Assembly: GCA_963812135.1 (NCBI GenBank)
Contig: CAWETU010000001.1
Location: 2,208,001-2,272,000, forward strand
Length of the DNA stretch: 64,000 nucleotides
Reading direction: 5' to 3'
Origin: Vulcanimicrobiota bacterium
GTDB taxonomy: Bacteria; Vulcanimicrobiota; Vulcanimicrobiia; Eremiobacterales; Eremiobacteraceae
The notes under the pieces are model-generated. The model ran no database searches, was not told the DNA's origin, and worked only from the letters and a program-made list of their open reading frames with translations. This document shows positions 62,320 through 64,000 of this stretch, one piece after another. How positions within the stretch are numbered: position 1 is the first letter of the stretch; each line of letters starts with the position of its first letter. A program made the translations under genes and the position numbers.

Positions 62320-64000
62320 TCATGGCGTGGAGAAGCGGACGACTTGCGACGAGCTGCGCGTCCCGTCGGTCACCACGATCTTCACTTGGTGCTTGCGTAC
62401 GTGTGGTTCGAGCAAGACGTCGAACGACTTGGCGTTCGTTTCGAAGACGCGGTCGATCCACGTCTTGCCGTTGTCGGACGAGTACAGGACGACGATAGCG
62501 TCGTGGCGCTGTTCGGTTGTGACCGTCCACGTGACGTGGACGGTTCCATTATGCGGTTGGACGGTATTCGGTCGAATCAATTCGACCGCTACATGGACGG
62601 TTGGTGCGCTGCGCGCTGAGTTGCTGGCTTGCGAGCACCGCGCTGCCCGGGCCGACGACGTCCACGCGCGCAAGCGTTGCGTCGCGGGATTCGATAACCG
62701 AACGCGATGAGGTTGCGATCTTCCTTTGTGACGGGCAAGCGCCACAGCGGATTGAACTGAAACGTCAAGGGGTATGCCGAAAGCGTCGTAGGCGACGATG
62801 TCGTAGTCAGCTGGCTTCCGGCTGTGAGATCCGCGTGACCGTCAGCGTATAGAACGCGCCGAAGACCGCGGTGTTCAGCTTGTTGTACCGGAACTGCACG
62901 CCGCGGACCAACAAGACCGGCGGATCGAGCGGTTGGGTCAACGTGTTGAGCAAGTGCCAGTACGTGCACTCGGTGATCCACTTCTCGGGATCCACCGGGC
63001 CGGCGGGGTTGGCGACCGCCATCGGCCAGTTAGCTGGGATCGCGGTGTTGGGCGACGGCCCTTTGCCAGACGCGCCCATGAGCGGGAACGACTTATCCTT
63101 GCGCACGCGCGCGGCCAGCACGCTGGCGGTCGTGAGGCGCTCGCCGTTAGCGATGAGATCCTGTTTGTTGTGGTAGTCAAGGTCGCACTCGGCCAGCATT
63201 TCAGGCGAGCTCCAACTCGCCACCGGGATGCTGTGGGTTAATTCGTGCCCGACGGTCTGGAAGTTCATGAATTCCGGGATGAGGATAAGCTTGGTCGTGA
63301 CCGTGATGCCAAGCGAATCCGGCGGCGCGATCGCGAAGTAGTCGTGATCGCTGAGCACGGCGACCGTGCGGCCTGCGCCGTCGATGATGCCGCTGGTGGT
63401 CAGCTGGTCGGTGATGGCGGCCTCGAGTTTTTCGCGCTCGTGGATGAGTCTGTTCGCGGTGACGGTCGCATCGCTCACGTTCGCGAGGTGCTTCGCAAGG
63501 AAGCCAAGGATCGCATCGGTCTTGTCTTGCGACAGATCTTTATTATGGAAATCGAATAGCTCGCGGATGACGGTCGGCAAGTCCCACGGCTTGAGCGGAT
63601 AGAAATCGGGGACGTACTTGTGAGTGTCTTGCGCGATGGCGATCGTGCGCTATCGTGAGATCGCGTTTGGTCGCCGGCGTGAAGAACGACGAATCGTACG
63701 ACAGCAGTAGCGGGATGTAGCGGATGGTAGGCCCGTGCGTGACCTCGGCGTGGCCGTCGACGATGACCTTGGCGTCGTCGATCGGCGCGCCTTGGTCGTC
63801 GATGAGCTGGTCGACGATGCGGTAGTCGGTGTCGGGCAAGAATGTGAAGGTCGAATTCGCAGGCACGCCGGTCGGCGCTGGAAGTTTGACTTTCACGTGC
63901 TGCCACGAACCGGCAGGTGGGCGAATGGGGATATTGTCGAGCACGTCGCTCGTGAAGATCGTCTTTTGGACGGTGCCGGATTCGCCGGTGAAGCGCATCC
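62320..64000 (-). CDS. Large hypothetical protein, 3' part, with HExxH motif (several frameshifts; starts beyond window)
   Basis: ORF pieces 63543..63998, 62807..63580 (TVGHELTHS), 62320..62745 (YSSDNGKTW Ig-like end). Confidence 0.6.
62569..62592 (-). repeat. GTAG-type REP copy 10 (intragenic)
   Basis: CGGTCGAATCAATTCGACCGCTAC. Confidence 0.85.

Noticed and set aside
2765..62592. CRISPR array from the palindromic 24-nt repeat
   Set aside because: Copies are dispersed singlets without regular spacers, and there are no cas genes

Overview
GC-rich bacterial chromosomal segment. The gene content suggests a soil or acidophile lineage such as Ca. Eremiobacterota (inference only). It holds about 65 CDS: pbpC, an anaerobic sulfatase maturase, tag, a tyrosinase, mntR-NRAMP, alpha-2-macroglobulin, fumC, proline dehydrogenase, a GMC oxidoreductase, PduO, glycosyltransferases, two Uma2 genes, a cyclase-STAND protein, phospholipase C, dacB, lemA-TPM and hicAB. 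Many genes are broken by small indels that look like long-read consensus errors. The most striking feature is non-coding. There are two paralogous minus-strand RNA modules (49118-49330 and 52763-52978). Each has a 68-nt tRNA-like domain with an Asp GUC triplet in the anticodon-position loop but alanine identity elements (G3:U70, A73). This is followed by two hairpins, an internal TATAAT promoter and a short terminated RNA complementary to that copy's own D/anticodon arm. A third, orphan antisense-type unit lies near hicAB (61494-61556). The architecture fits an RNA-only toxin/antitoxin (mis-decoding tRNA mimic plus antisense RNA), but that function is a hypothesis. Also present are a 24-nt GTAG-type REP family (10 full copies, all in one orientation, several overlapping stop codons or coding sequence), a 12-Cys duplicated helical-hairpin protein and several small ORFs missed by the ORF track.
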